This document shows, piece by piece, positions 9,923-23,028 of a stretch of 64,000 nt of DNA (position 1 is its first letter; each line of letters begins with the position of its first letter). Source of the stretch: Gammaproteobacteria bacterium (lineage in GTDB: Bacteria; Pseudomonadota; Gammaproteobacteria; CAJXQU01). The stretch lies in the NCBI GenBank assembly GCA_965238175.1, contig CBDEGZ010000003.1, forward strand, positions 576,001-640,000, written 5' to 3'. Under the pieces are notes generated by a model. The model worked only from the letters and a program-made list of their open reading frames with translations, did not search any database and was not told where the DNA came from. The translations under genes and the position numbers were made by a program.

Positions 9923-11303
9923 AGTTTGGGTAGTCGATGATGATCGTTCAATTCGTTGGGTGCTTGAAAAGGCACTTCAGAAAGCCGAGATGCATATCAC
10001 TTGTTTCGAAGATGCAGATAGTGCCTTAGAACAGCTAAAATTAAGTCAGCCAGATGTGATCATTTCAGACATAAGAATGCCGGGTACTAGTGGGCTGAAT
10101 TTATTAGACGAAGTGCAACGCCTGTATACTGAACTGCCAGTTATTATTATGACCGCTTATGCAGATTTGGGTCGCGCAGTTGCAGCATTTCAAGGTGGTG
10201 CATTTGAATATTTACCAAAGCCTTTTGATGTCGATGATGCTGTTACTACAGTACGTCGAGCAGTTAGATCAGAAAAAGTGCAGCCAGAAAAAGAGGTTTC
10301 TGAACCAGTACACGTTTCAGGGATCATTGGTGCTGCGCCAGCAATGCAAGAAGTATTTCGTGCGATAGGTAGATTGTCGCGATCGAATATGACCGTATTG
10401 CTGTCAGGTGAATCCGGTACTGGTAAAGAGTTAGTCGCTCGTGCATTGCATGACAATAGCTCAAGGGTTAAAAAACCATTCATTGCTCTAAACACTGCTG
10501 CAATCCCCAAAGATCTACTTGAAAGTGAACTGTTTGGGCATGAAAAAGGTGCATTTACGGGTGCGGCCACGCAAAGGAAAGGACGCTTTGAACAAGCAGA
10601 TGCTGGTAGTTTATTTTTGGATGAGATTGGCGATATGCCATCCGAGTTACAGACACGCTTGTTACGTGTATTAGCAGATGGAGAATTTTACCGGGTTGGT
10701 GGACATACCCCTATAAGAGTTGATGTCCGTATCATTGCAGCTACCCATCAAAAGTTAGAAGATCTGGTTCTACAAGGTAGCTTTAGAGAAGATTTATTTC
10801 ACCGTTTAAATGTTATACGTTTAAAACTCCCCGCCCTCAGAGAACGTAGTGAAGATATTAGTTTATTGATGAATCATTTTTTAAAAAAAGTTGCCAAAGA
10901 ACTACGGGTTGAATCAAAAACCTTACATGCGGATACTGAATCTTTTCTTCAAAGATATAACTGGCCCGGAAATGTTAGACAGCTCGAAAATGTTTGTCGC
11001 TGGTTAATGGTGATGGCGCCTGCCCAACAAATTTTAATTGAAGAATTGCCAACTGAGATTACAAATTCTTTACAAGTGGAAACCTCCGGAGACTGGCAAT
11101 CACAACTAAAAAGTTGGGTTGATTCACGATTAGCGAAAGGCGATATAGATTTGCTTGCAGAAGCGACGCCTATTTTTGAAAGCATAATGATCAGATCTGC
11201 TTTGATGAAAACCGGTGGTCGACGACAGGATGCAGCAAAGCTACTTGGTTGTGGACGCAACACCTTGACCCGCAAAATAAAGGAGTTAGAAATTGAAGAA
11301 TAA
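9912..11303 (+). CDS. glnG: Nitrogen regulation response regulator NtrC
   Basis: WVVDDDRSIRWVLE receiver, GESGTGKE, ESELFGHEKGAFTGA, Fis-type HTH LGCGRNTLTRK. Confidence 0.97.
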   Translation: MQTKVWVVDDDRSIRWVLEKALQKAEMHITCFEDADSALEQLKLSQPDVIISDIRMPGTSGLNLLDEVQRLYTELPVIIMTAYADLGRAVAAFQGGAFEYLPKPFDVDDAVTTVRRAVRSEKVQPEKEVSEPVHVSGIIGAAPAMQEVFRAIGRLSRSNMTVLLSGESGTGKELVARALHDNSSRVKKPFIALNTAAIPKDLLESELFGHEKGAFTGAATQRKGRFEQADAGSLFLDEIGDMPSELQTRLLRVLADGEFYRVGGHTPIRVDVRIIAATHQKLEDLVLQGSFREDLFHRLNVIRLKLPALRERSEDISLLMNHFLKKVAKELRVESKTLHADTESFLQRYNWPGNVRQLENVCRWLMVMAPAQQILIEELPTEITNSLQVETSGDWQSQLKSWVDSRLAKGDIDLLAEATPIFESIMIRSALMKTGGRRQDAAKLLGCGRNTLTRKIKELEIEE

Positions 11304-11429
11304 GTTAATGTTTTTAGCTCAGATTAAAATTGACAGTTAGGAATTTTGAGTTATATTTGGCCTGGTAGCTAGTGAAATATTAGCTATGAAAATCTCGACT
11401 TAGATAGGCAGTATACTTTTTAAAATTTC

Positions 11430-12045
11430 TAGAAATACTTATTCGAAATAAGTTAAACAGACTCCCTGAAAACATCAAGAAACGTTCACGTAGTCAGGTT
11501 TAAGCGCTACGAAAAGAAGGTACCCGGACATCCGTTCAGATCGATGTTAAATTCTTATTTTTCAAAGATAAGTATGGAAAGTGAATTAATCGATTTCAGT
11601 ATACCGCCATTGATGTTTGCACGAAAATACGTGCGCTTAAAGTCTACGACAAACATACACAAGCTAACGCGATTAGTTTTCTCAATTATGTCGTCAACAG
11701 TTCCCCTTTCCATATCAAAACCATACGTACAGACAATGGACACGAGTTTCAAACGAAGTTTTATTGGCATGTAGCCGACTTGGGCATGGAGCATGTTTAC
11801 ATTACCAGCATCACCCAGACTGAATAGAAAGGTTGAACGCTCTCACCTTACTGATAAGCGAGAGCTTTACCAGTGCCTCGAATACACAGGTGGTGATGTT
11901 GACCTGAATAAAAAGTTGTCACAGTGGGAAAGCTATTATAATTTTCTACGACCTCATTCAGCACTCCTGGGGAGAGGATCCTTATGAAAAATTTAAGCGC
12001 CGTATACTAGGATAGAGGACGTCTATCGAAGTCGTAGAAAAAACA
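11430..12045 (+). pseudogene. Degraded IS481-family transposase
   Basis: Frameshifted pieces KRYEKKVPGH, IRTDNGHEF and PASPRLNRKVERSHLTDKRE...WESYYNFLRPH. Confidence 0.75.
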
Positions 12046-12194
12046 ATTTATATGTAGAAGTTTATATGTAGAAGTTTAGACCCAATCTGACACATCACTA
12101 AATCAAGCGGAGCGTAGCGACGCTTGATTTAGTGAGAGTTACCCGCTTTGATGTAACTGCAACGTAAACATCAAAACACAAAGAGGTAACTCTC

Positions 12195-13229
12195 ATGATT
12201 CATACTAATGACAAAGTTATAAAACATAAAGTTGGTCTACTCAATCTCGCTGAAGAACTCGGCAATGTCTCAAAAGCCTGCAAGATGATGGGTTTGTCCA
12301 GAGATACATTTTATCGCTACAAAGAAGCGGCTGATGAAGGCGGTGTAGAAGCCTTGTTTGATCGTAATCGGCGTACCCCAAATCTTAAAAACAGAATCGA
12401 CCCGGCTATTGAAACCGTTGTGCTCGAGTATGCACTGGAAGAGCCCGCACATGGTCAAACGCGCACCAGTAACGAGCTGCGCAAACGGGGAACATTTGTC
12501 TCACCCAGTGGCGTTCGTTGTATCTGGCTTCGTCATGGTCTTGCTTGCTTTAAAGATCGCCTGAAGGCATTGTCTGATAAGGTAGCTGGTGAAGGCTTGA
12601 TCCTCACTGAGTCTCAAGTCGCGGCGATGGAACGCAAAAAAGACGACGATGAGGCTTGTGGCGAGATAGAGACGGCACACCCTGGTTATCTTGGCTCGCA
12701 AGATACTTACTATGTCGGTACTTTCAAAGGCATTGGTCGGGTTTATCAACAAACGTTTGTTGATACTTACAGCAAGGTCGCTCACGCGAAACTGTACCCG
12801 ACTAAAACACCGATTACGGCAGCTGACATGCTCAATGACCGCGTCCTCCCATTCTACGAAGAACAACGTTTGCCTATGTTGCGCATTTTGACAGATAGAG
12901 GGACGGAGTATTGTGGGCGAGCTGACCAGCATGATTATCAGCTTTATATGGCGTTGAACAATATCGAACACACCAAAACCAAGGTCAAATCACCTCAGAC
13001 GAATGGTATTTGTGAGCGATTCCATAAGACGATCCTCAATGAGTTTTATCAAGTCGCTTTGCGTAAGAAAATTTACCAATCGATTGATGAACTGCAACTC
13101 GACCTTGACGAATGGTTGCTCAAATACAATACTCAACGAACTCACCAAGGCAAAATGTGCTGCGGGAGGACGCCGATGGAAACACTCATCGACGGACAAG
13201 CTATCTGGAAGGAAAAGTTTGTGAATTAA
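12195..13229 (+). CDS. IS481-family transposase
   Basis: HKVGLLNLAEELGNVSKACK HTH; rve core GYLGSQDTYYVG...LTDRGTEYCG...SPQTNGICERFH. Confidence 0.95.
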   Translation: MIHTNDKVIKHKVGLLNLAEELGNVSKACKMMGLSRDTFYRYKEAADEGGVEALFDRNRRTPNLKNRIDPAIETVVLEYALEEPAHGQTRTSNELRKRGTFVSPSGVRCIWLRHGLACFKDRLKALSDKVAGEGLILTESQVAAMERKKDDDEACGEIETAHPGYLGSQDTYYVGTFKGIGRVYQQTFVDTYSKVAHAKLYPTKTPITAADMLNDRVLPFYEEQRLPMLRILTDRGTEYCGRADQHDYQLYMALNNIEHTKTKVKSPQTNGICERFHKTILNEFYQVALRKKIYQSIDELQLDLDEWLLKYNTQRTHQGKMCCGRTPMETLIDGQAIWKEKFVN

Positions 13230-13322
13230 ACTTAACCTGATGTGATGGTCTCCTCCCCCTAACGGCATCTAGGTGCCATGATTGAACTGACATACACACA
13301 ATCAAAAGAGGAGAAGACCAAA

Positions 13323-14336
13323 ATGAAGACTACAACAATCGGGTTAGACATAGCAAAAAACGTATTTCATGCTGTCTGCTGTAATCAACAAGGGCGTATA
13401 ATCAAAAAGAAAATGTTAAAGCGAGCGCAGGTACTCTCCTTTTTTCAATCTCAACCTCCTTGTTTAGTCGCAATAGAATCTTGTGCAACGTCACAGTATT
13501 GGGCCCGAGCGATACAACAACAGGGACATCAGGTGAAATTACTACCACCTCAGCATGTTAACGCATTTCTAATCGGCAATAAGAATGATTATAACGATGC
13601 CTTGGCCATCGCCGTTGCTGCGAAACAACCTCATTTAAAAAGTGTGGGCATTAAATCAGTTGAGCAACAAGACAACCAGGCACAACATAAAGCAAGAGAC
13701 TTAGCGGTCAGACAAAGAACCGCATTATGTAACCAAATGAGAGCGCTTGTTGCAGAATATGGCATTAGCCTTCGTCCCGGCCTAAATACCCTACGTCAAT
13801 CTATCCCGTTGCTATTAAGTGATGAGAACGAACGGTTGTCCGTTACTTTCAAAAGGATACTGCGCCAGCTAAAGGAACAATGGCAATCACTTGATGCCTG
13901 TATTGCGACATTTGACCAATTGATCATTCAATCGGCAAAAAACAATGCGATTTGCCAACGCTTACAAACTATTCCAGGGTTTGGGCCGATGGTCTCGAGC
14001 GCGTATTTTAATGAAGTGGGAAACGGCGCTCATTATCACAAAGGGCGCGATGTGTCCGCCTCATTAGGACTTGTTCCACGACAGTACAGTAGTGGTGGTA
14101 AAGAGGTGCTACTGGGGATCAGTAAACGCGGCAATAAATACCTTCGTTGTTTGTTAATTCTAGGCGCGAAGGCCGTGGTATCAAGAGCCAAAACGAAAGG
14201 CGATAAACTGAGTCAATGGATTAATCGTTTAGTTGAGACGCGGGGGCATAATCGAGCGTGTGTGGCGTATGCCAACAAAATGGCAAGAATGGCCTGGGCT
14301 ATAACGGTTTCTGGTGATGACTACTCACCGGCCTAA
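13323..14336 (+). CDS. IS110/IS1111 DEDD recombinase (transposase)
   Basis: IGLDIAKNVF, AIESC, KNDYNDALAI, LGLVPRQYSSGGK...GISKRGNKYLR; RBS gaggag upstream of ATG 13323. Confidence 0.95.
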   Translation: MKTTTIGLDIAKNVFHAVCCNQQGRIIKKKMLKRAQVLSFFQSQPPCLVAIESCATSQYWARAIQQQGHQVKLLPPQHVNAFLIGNKNDYNDALAIAVAAKQPHLKSVGIKSVEQQDNQAQHKARDLAVRQRTALCNQMRALVAEYGISLRPGLNTLRQSIPLLLSDENERLSVTFKRILRQLKEQWQSLDACIATFDQLIIQSAKNNAICQRLQTIPGFGPMVSSAYFNEVGNGAHYHKGRDVSASLGLVPRQYSSGGKEVLLGISKRGNKYLRCLLILGAKAVVSRAKTKGDKLSQWINRLVETRGHNRACVAYANKMARMAWAITVSGDDYSPA

Positions 14337-14566
14337 ATAGAGAGAACAAATCATTTCAACGAATTGCGAAGGTAAAACTAAAGATGGCATAACAGGTCAA
14401 ACCAGCCTATTGAAAACCTGTCGAGCTCAGGGGTAACTAATACCGATAACCTGATAAGGAAAATAGGCGCGTAATACATCCAGGTCAGAAGTTGAAAACT
14501 TCATTGAAGGCCGTATATATGACAGCAATCCTGTCCCTGTTATCTGAATGTTTTATCTTGCAATAC
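14337..14566 (+). ncRNA. Putative bridge/seekRNA of the IS1111 element
   Basis: Non-coding region downstream of the transposase. Stem gcctatt/aataggc encloses ctgtc and taacctga (target matches). A second region holds acatc and atatatga (element-end matches) around the hairpin gaagtt-gaa-aacttc. Boundaries approximate. Confidence 0.7.
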
Positions 14567-14702
14567 GGGAGGAGACCATATATGACAGTCGGTTACTGAT
14601 AATTGGGTAACTGTCAGATCAAATCTGAATTTCTACAACTTAACCTGACAGTCGGTTACTGATAATTGGGTAACTGTCAGATCAAATCTGAATTTCTACA
14701 GT

Positions 14703-17054
14703 TTATACTTTGAATCTTACAACACTCGCTTTAAGTTCTTCCGATAATGTCGCTAAAGACAGGCTTTCTGATGATAATTGAATCGCCGCTTCCGAATTTT
14801 GTTCAGATACATCATTGATGCTGACAATGTTGCGATTTATTTCTTCGGCCACAGCGCCTTGCTCATTGGCTGCGATAGCGATTTGCGTTGAAACATGTTC
14901 CAGTTCGGACACTTTCGCAGCAATATCAGATAAAGCTTGACCGGTTGCTTGTGCTTGTTCAACACTTACAACAGCTTGTTGCTTACCTTCAGACATTACC
15001 GTTACCGCTTCTTTCGAACGCGTTTGAAGCCTGCTAATAATAGTTTGTATTTCTTGTGTAGAATCTTGAGTTCGGCTTGCCAGTGACCTTACTTCATCTG
15101 CGACCACGGCAAACCCACGCCCTTGCTCACCTGCCCTTGCTGCTTCTATTGCCGCGTTTAGTGCAAGCAGGTTAGTTTGTTCGGCAATACCCTGGATCAC
15201 ATCCAGCACTGAACCTATACTGTCGCTATCTTTTTCCAATTCATTGATAACATCACCGGCTCTTTCGACGTTAGCTGCAAGCGAGCTTATTTCAGATATT
15301 GTCTCTTCAACCACTTTTGATCCCTGAACCGTTTGTTGATCTGCCTGCTTAGCATACTCAGCACCGTTGGTTGCATTTTTTGCCACTTCTTGCGCAGATG
15401 CTGTCATTTGAGTCATCGCAGTGGCGACTTGTTCAGATTCGGAACGTTGACGATGAGTACTGTCTTGTGCGCTTTGTGCCATCTGGGTTAAGCCTGTCGA
15501 TGATTCCGCCACTTGTGCAGAGGAATCGGAGACATCGCGTATAATCTTGGCAAAAGCGGAAACCAATTTGTTTATTGCATCTGTCAACCGTTCTCCAATA
15601 GGACTGGCACTTGGTTCCAGTTGATTAGTGAGGTCACAGTTTCCAGAATCAATTTCATCGGAAATAGTTTCGATAGAACTGACCACGTAGTCAATTATTC
15701 CGAAAATAAACTTGGCGAATAAGTGACCGATAATGGAAGAGATAAGCCCTACCAAGGCAAGTCCCATCAAACTCCAGAACAATATTTTTTCCGTAAGCCC
15801 AGTTACCCCAGCAAATGCTTCAGATTCATCAATTTCACTAAGGATTACCCAATCTAAACCTTTTATAGATAGCGGCGCATAGGCAGAGACAACCGGCACA
15901 CCTCTATAGTCTGGAAAAATACCCGTTCCAGCCTCACCCGCTAAGGCTTTTTTTGTTCCTGGTGACTGAACAGTTTGCAAACCTATGGTTGTTTCTTTTA
16001 ATGCAATTACATCGACGAGTGCAGAGTCTGTACCAGTACTTTTCAAGACATCAAGATAACCTTGTTTATCATCGACGATAAACCGTCCAAGACTTCGCAT
16101 TTTAGAATCGGAGCCAACAATGTAGGTTTCACCAGATTCTCCCATACCTTGCTGATCCCAGTTTTGACCATAAGTCATAATGCCATTGATACGATCTATT
16201 GGCATCTGAAAAACCAATACACCCACTTTACGACCGTTGTCAAAAATAGGCGAGGCAATGAATGCCGCCGGATCTTCGTATGATGGTGTATAAGGTGCAA
16301 AATCCGTTAGTGCGACCGAAGATTCCCCAGTCGCGGAATTAGCAGCATTAAACACTTTTCCCAAACCACTTTTAGCGTATGGTCCATCAATCAGAGATGT
16401 TGTGTAATCAAGCTCCTTAAAAACTGAATAGACAACATCGCCAGTCTCAGAATCAACCAAAAATATGTCATAGAACTCAAATTTCTGTAGAAAATCTCGA
16501 ATGTGTGGATGATACTTAGAATGCAAAGCAGAGTATTCTGAAGCATCATTAGATGTAATTAGCGCATCTTTTTCACCCAAAGGATTTGGGTTAGCTGTAA
16601 TATATTGATGTTGTAAAGCAATTGAATCCGCATCAAGTGAATTCAAAATCTCGTCAGCGTCAAAATGGGAATCACGGTTCCTTGTTTTATATTTTGCGAG
16701 AAACTGCTCTGTATAATAAGGCTTCAACTCATTTTTTAGCTGCCCTGTATCATATAAGCTTCGATCATTTCGGTATTCTCCAAATGCATTTTTAAACTCG
16801 GTCATAGCATTAATGATCATTGTGTTGTTGGAAAATGTTTGTACCTGACCCTTCAGCGTTTCAAAATACGCTTCAATCTCAGATTTTTTTCCCTCTCGTT
16901 GCGCAACAAGTTTCTCAAGTGCCTGTTCTTCAATGGTAGTACGGCCAGAGTCGACGGCAATCCAGCCAATATAGGTCGCGATAATTGCAGCGGGTAATAC
17001 GCCAAGAAGAATTGACATAAGAACGAGCTTCGTTTTGAGTTGTAAATTAAGCAT
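14703..17054 (-). CDS. Methyl-accepting chemotaxis protein with a periplasmic Cache-type sensor
   Basis: Two TM segments, YDIFLVD Cache motif, [41 protein letters not shown] favours ATG 17054. Confidence 0.95.
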   Translation of the reverse strand: MLNLQLKTKLVLMSILLGVLPAAIIATYIGWIAVDSGRTTIEEQALEKLVAQREGKKSEIEAYFETLKGQVQTFSNNTMIINAMTEFKNAFGEYRNDRSLYDTGQLKNELKPYYTEQFLAKYKTRNRDSHFDADEILNSLDADSIALQHQYITANPNPLGEKDALITSNDASEYSALHSKYHPHIRDFLQKFEFYDIFLVDSETGDVVYSVFKELDYTTSLIDGPYAKSGLGKVFNAANSATGESSVALTDFAPYTPSYEDPAAFIASPIFDNGRKVGVLVFQMPIDRINGIMTYGQNWDQQGMGESGETYIVGSDSKMRSLGRFIVDDKQGYLDVLKSTGTDSALVDVIALKETTIGLQTVQSPGTKKALAGEAGTGIFPDYRGVPVVSAYAPLSIKGLDWVILSEIDESEAFAGVTGLTEKILFWSLMGLALVGLISSIIGHLFAKFIFGIIDYVVSSIETISDEIDSGNCDLTNQLEPSASPIGERLTDAINKLVSAFAKIIRDVSDSSAQVAESSTGLTQMAQSAQDSTHRQRSESEQVATAMTQMTASAQEVAKNATNGAEYAKQADQQTVQGSKVVEETISEISSLAANVERAGDVINELEKDSDSIGSVLDVIQGIAEQTNLLALNAAIEAARAGEQGRGFAVVADEVRSLASRTQDSTQEIQTIISRLQTRSKEAVTVMSEGKQQAVVSVEQAQATGQALSDIAAKVSELEHVSTQIAIAANEQGAVAEEINRNIVSINDVSEQNSEAAIQLSSESLSLATLSEELKASVVRFKV

Positions 17055-17193
17055 TATAATCTCCATCTATGTTACTCAAATATGTATGTATCATTGTGTA
17101 AACTAGCGTCCGTAGAATTTATATCTTTAGTTTTTTTAAGAAATAGTGCTCTATGACTAAATATATCTACTTTTCATATAATTAAAAATGCAA

Positions 17194-17225
17194 TTAACAT
17201 TCCTCCGTTACTGGAGGAATGTTAA
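17194..17225. repeat. Perfect 13-bp inverted repeat in a divergent intergenic region
   Basis: ttaacattcctcc-gttact-ggaggaatgttaa. Confidence 0.8.
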
Positions 17226-17333
17226 AGTTTTTCTATTAAGTGAGAGAGAGATGAGCATTACAAACTTTATTATATCGTGGTAGTTTAATCACCATTCAGC
17301 AAAAATTAAGAACTGATTCATAGGAGAACAAAA

Positions 17334-20682
<3,349 letters not shown>

Positions 20683-21106
20683 TTGTCTTTCAGCATCAAA
20701 CAAATTAGATGTTCCTTCGCCCAACTTTTTCTACAATGAAGCAACCGCTGACACAGCTTAAAGTTTATCAATTTAGAAAAATTGGATCAGGTTAGAACAC
20801 GAACATTGAAACCTAAAGTGTCTCAAAATCGATACTTTATTAACTGCCTAAACTTTGAAATTCAATAGACAGTTTTCTATCCAATTAATTTTTATGAGTA
20901 TAATTTCCAAACTTCACATTGACACACTATTTATTCCCTTGAGAGGATTAATAATTAAAGGGGCTGAGGTTGCCACAAAATAACGGAATATTTACGATCC
21001 ATATAAATACTAGCCTATACATGAGCACTTAACTTCGCCACGGATGGTTGAGAAACTTTCAAGTAATCATTTAACCGCGGTCTTAATCAACACATCTTAA
21101 AAAAAC

Positions 21107-21688
21107 ATGACAACAGAAAAAATACTACACATGCGTAGCAAATCCAAATGCGAGTTATGTACCTCCGCAGCAGGATTAGCTGTATACGAAATACCTCCCG
21201 AGTCAAATGGAAGTGCAGAACAATGTATTTTGATCTGTGAGACTTGCAATGATCAAATTAAAAACCCTGACAACATAGATCCTAACCACTGGCGTTGTTT
21301 GAACGACAACATGTGGAGCCAAATCCCAGCAGTACAAGTGATGGCCTGGCGAATGCTAAATCGACTCAGCACCGAAAGCTGGCCAAATGATTTGTTAGAA
21401 ATTCTCTATTTAGACGACGACACCCTGGAATGGGCCAAGGCGGCTGGTGACAGGAAAAACGATCAAGATACAATCACACATCTGGACAGCAACGGTGCAA
21501 CACTAGAAGCTGGCGACACCGTCACCTTGATAAAAGATCTAAATGTAAAAGGCACAAATTTCACCGCTAAACGCGGGACGGCAGTACGTGGTATTTCTCT
21601 AGTCACTGATAATGCTGATCAGATCGAAGGGAAGATAAATGGTCAGCGGATTGTGATCTTGACTAAGTTTGTTAAGAAGAATGGTTGA
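21107..21688 (+). CDS. PhnA/YjdM-domain zinc-ribbon protein
   Basis: CELC...CETC, HWRCLND.MWS, DSNGATLEAGDTVTLIKDLNVKG...KRGT. Confidence 0.85.
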   Translation: MTTEKILHMRSKSKCELCTSAAGLAVYEIPPESNGSAEQCILICETCNDQIKNPDNIDPNHWRCLNDNMWSQIPAVQVMAWRMLNRLSTESWPNDLLEILYLDDDTLEWAKAAGDRKNDQDTITHLDSNGATLEAGDTVTLIKDLNVKGTNFTAKRGTAVRGISLVTDNADQIEGKINGQRIVILTKFVKKNG

Positions 21689-21705
21689 TTTCAGACTTAG
21701 TTATT

Positions 21706-21735
21706 CATGTTAGGGTACGCTGCTAATCTAACATG
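21706..21735. repeat. Degenerate REP-like palindrome
   Basis: catgttagggtacgctgctaatctaacatg resembles gttgggttacgctatgctaacccaac at 22291. Confidence 0.5.
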
Positions 21736-21785
21736 TCCGACTTTTGGAAAAGTTCTTCAAGTAGATGCTCTATGTAATTAGCATT

Positions 21786-22223
21786 TTATAATGGACAGCT
21801 TGGATCTTGGCCTTGAATCTTTTGATTAACTCTTTCGAACATACTTCTCCAAAAGCTGCTAGCTCCGTACATCACAACTTTTGTTTTGCATCCTTCCATT
21901 TCTGGAAATACGTTAGCACTATAACCAAAACCAGAAAAGGTTCTAAAAGAATAACGCATTCCATTCTTTAATTTTTCTTGAATTACCTGAGTACCCGCAG
22001 GCAAAGGTATATAAGCTGAACCAACAGTAATCACAGTTTCAGCATCCCCATAACATTTGCTTAAATATTCGGTGATTCTTGTACCAACTGTTTGTTCTTC
22101 AATATCATAACAATAACTTTCTACAGTTTTGCTATTTTCAACTAATCCAGTTGAAGTTTTTGGTACTATTGAACATCCTCCTATCCAAAATATTAAACTT
22201 AGCATAGCTATTTTTAGTTTCAC
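21786..22223 (-). CDS. Hypothetical lipoprotein
   Basis: Signal peptide with IGGC lipobox-like site; GTG start after a purine-rich RBS; AT-rich. Confidence 0.7.
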   Translation of the reverse strand: MKLKIAMLSLIFWIGGCSIVPKTSTGLVENSKTVESYCYDIEEQTVGTRITEYLSKCYGDAETVITVGSAYIPLPAGTQVIQEKLKNGMRYSFRTFSGFGYSANVFPEMEGCKTKVVMYGASSFWRSMFERVNQKIQGQDPSCPL

Positions 22224-22251
22224 ATATACCCCTTAGATAGTCTTACGTATT

Positions 22252-22320
22252 GTAGGTCAGATTAGCGCAGTGTAATCTGGCATTCTTGATGTTGGGTTAC
22301 GCTATGCTAACCCAACCTAC
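22252..22320. repeat. Inverted GTAG-type REP doublet (REPIN-like)
   Basis: GTAG-gtcagattagc-gca-gtgtaatctggc on +, and GTAG-gttgggttagc-ata-gcgtaacccaac on -. Confidence 0.75.
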
Positions 22321-22347
22321 TATTCATATGAAAAAATAATTACCGTA

Positions 22348-23028
22348 TTAATCTGCTCGATAAAAATATACCTTCTGCTCACTAGCTAGATATTTCTTTT
22401 CAAAAGGTGACATTGGTTTAAAGTTTGGATCGGTTGTTGAAATTTCTTCCACCGCGTTTTTATTCGTTGTGGCTATTTCAATCGCTTTTGAAAATTCATC
22501 TGCATAGATCTTCCAATTGGTTCTGAGTTCCAACCTTTTACTTATTTGTAATAGATCAGGAAAAATCGGATGTCCATGCCAGCGTCTTTGCAGGTGTTTC
22601 TTTTTTGGCCAAGGGTTTGGGTAGAACAGAAAATGTTGATCAATTTTCAAGCCTTGTTTTTGCATTAAAGACCATACGTCGATCAAGTTTGCGCGAAAAA
22701 AAAGTACGTTTTCTTTTTCACTTTTTTTCTTATTGAGGCGAACGATAGATTGATCAATTCCTACGATCAGATCATTAGGAAATTGTTCGGCTAAGTTAAG
22801 CGAACTTACACCGGTTCCACAGCCAGAATCTAGAATTAATTTGCCGCTTGTTTGCGTTAAGTTTTTTTCTATCTGATCTAGAACTTGGTAGGTGTATTCT
22901 GGAATTGGTTTTTGAAATGTTGAGTTGAGATGTCGTTTTACAACTTCTTCTAGATCAGGGTGAATTCCATCCTGATTACTGGAGACTATTCTTGAAAGAT
23001 CAGGGGAAGACAACCGTGCTGGCTTCAA
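22348..23028 (-). CDS. TrmB-like SAM-dependent methyltransferase
   Basis: LDSGCGTG, FYPNPWPKKKHLQRR, LRTNWKIYA, SPFEKKY. Confidence 0.75.
   Translation of the reverse strand: MKPARLSSPDLSRIVSSNQDGIHPDLEEVVKRHLNSTFQKPIPEYTYQVLDQIEKNLTQTSGKLILDSGCGTGVSSLNLAEQFPNDLIVGIDQSIVRLNKKKSEKENVLFFRANLIDVWSLMQKQGLKIDQHFLFYPNPWPKKKHLQRRWHGHPIFPDLLQISKRLELRTNWKIYADEFSKAIEIATTNKNAVEEISTTDPNFKPMSPFEKKYLASEQKVYFYRAD

Larger units (their letters stand above)
13238..14582 (+). mobile_element. IS110-family, IS1111-group element
   Basis: Sub-terminal 13-bp IRs atggtctcctccc (13245-13257) and gggaggagaccat (14567-14579), 7 and 3 nt from the ends. Removing the element restores aacc|tgacagtc, identical to the intact copy at 14638-14700. 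Confidence 0.9.
12067..14700 (+). mobile_element. IS481-family element interrupted by an IS1111-type element, with a duplicated right end
   Basis: IRL TGTAGAAGTTTAGACCCAATCTGACA at 12067. IRR tgtcagatcaaatctgaatttctaca ends at 14637 and again at 14700. gtttata flanks both sides (12060-12066; 14701-14707). Confidence 0.85.

Noticed and set aside
21706-22320. Integron cassette (attC sites) around the lipoprotein gene
   Set aside because: No convincing RYYYAAC/GTTRRRY box pairing in cassette orientation and no integron integrase; the repeats fit GTAG REPs better.
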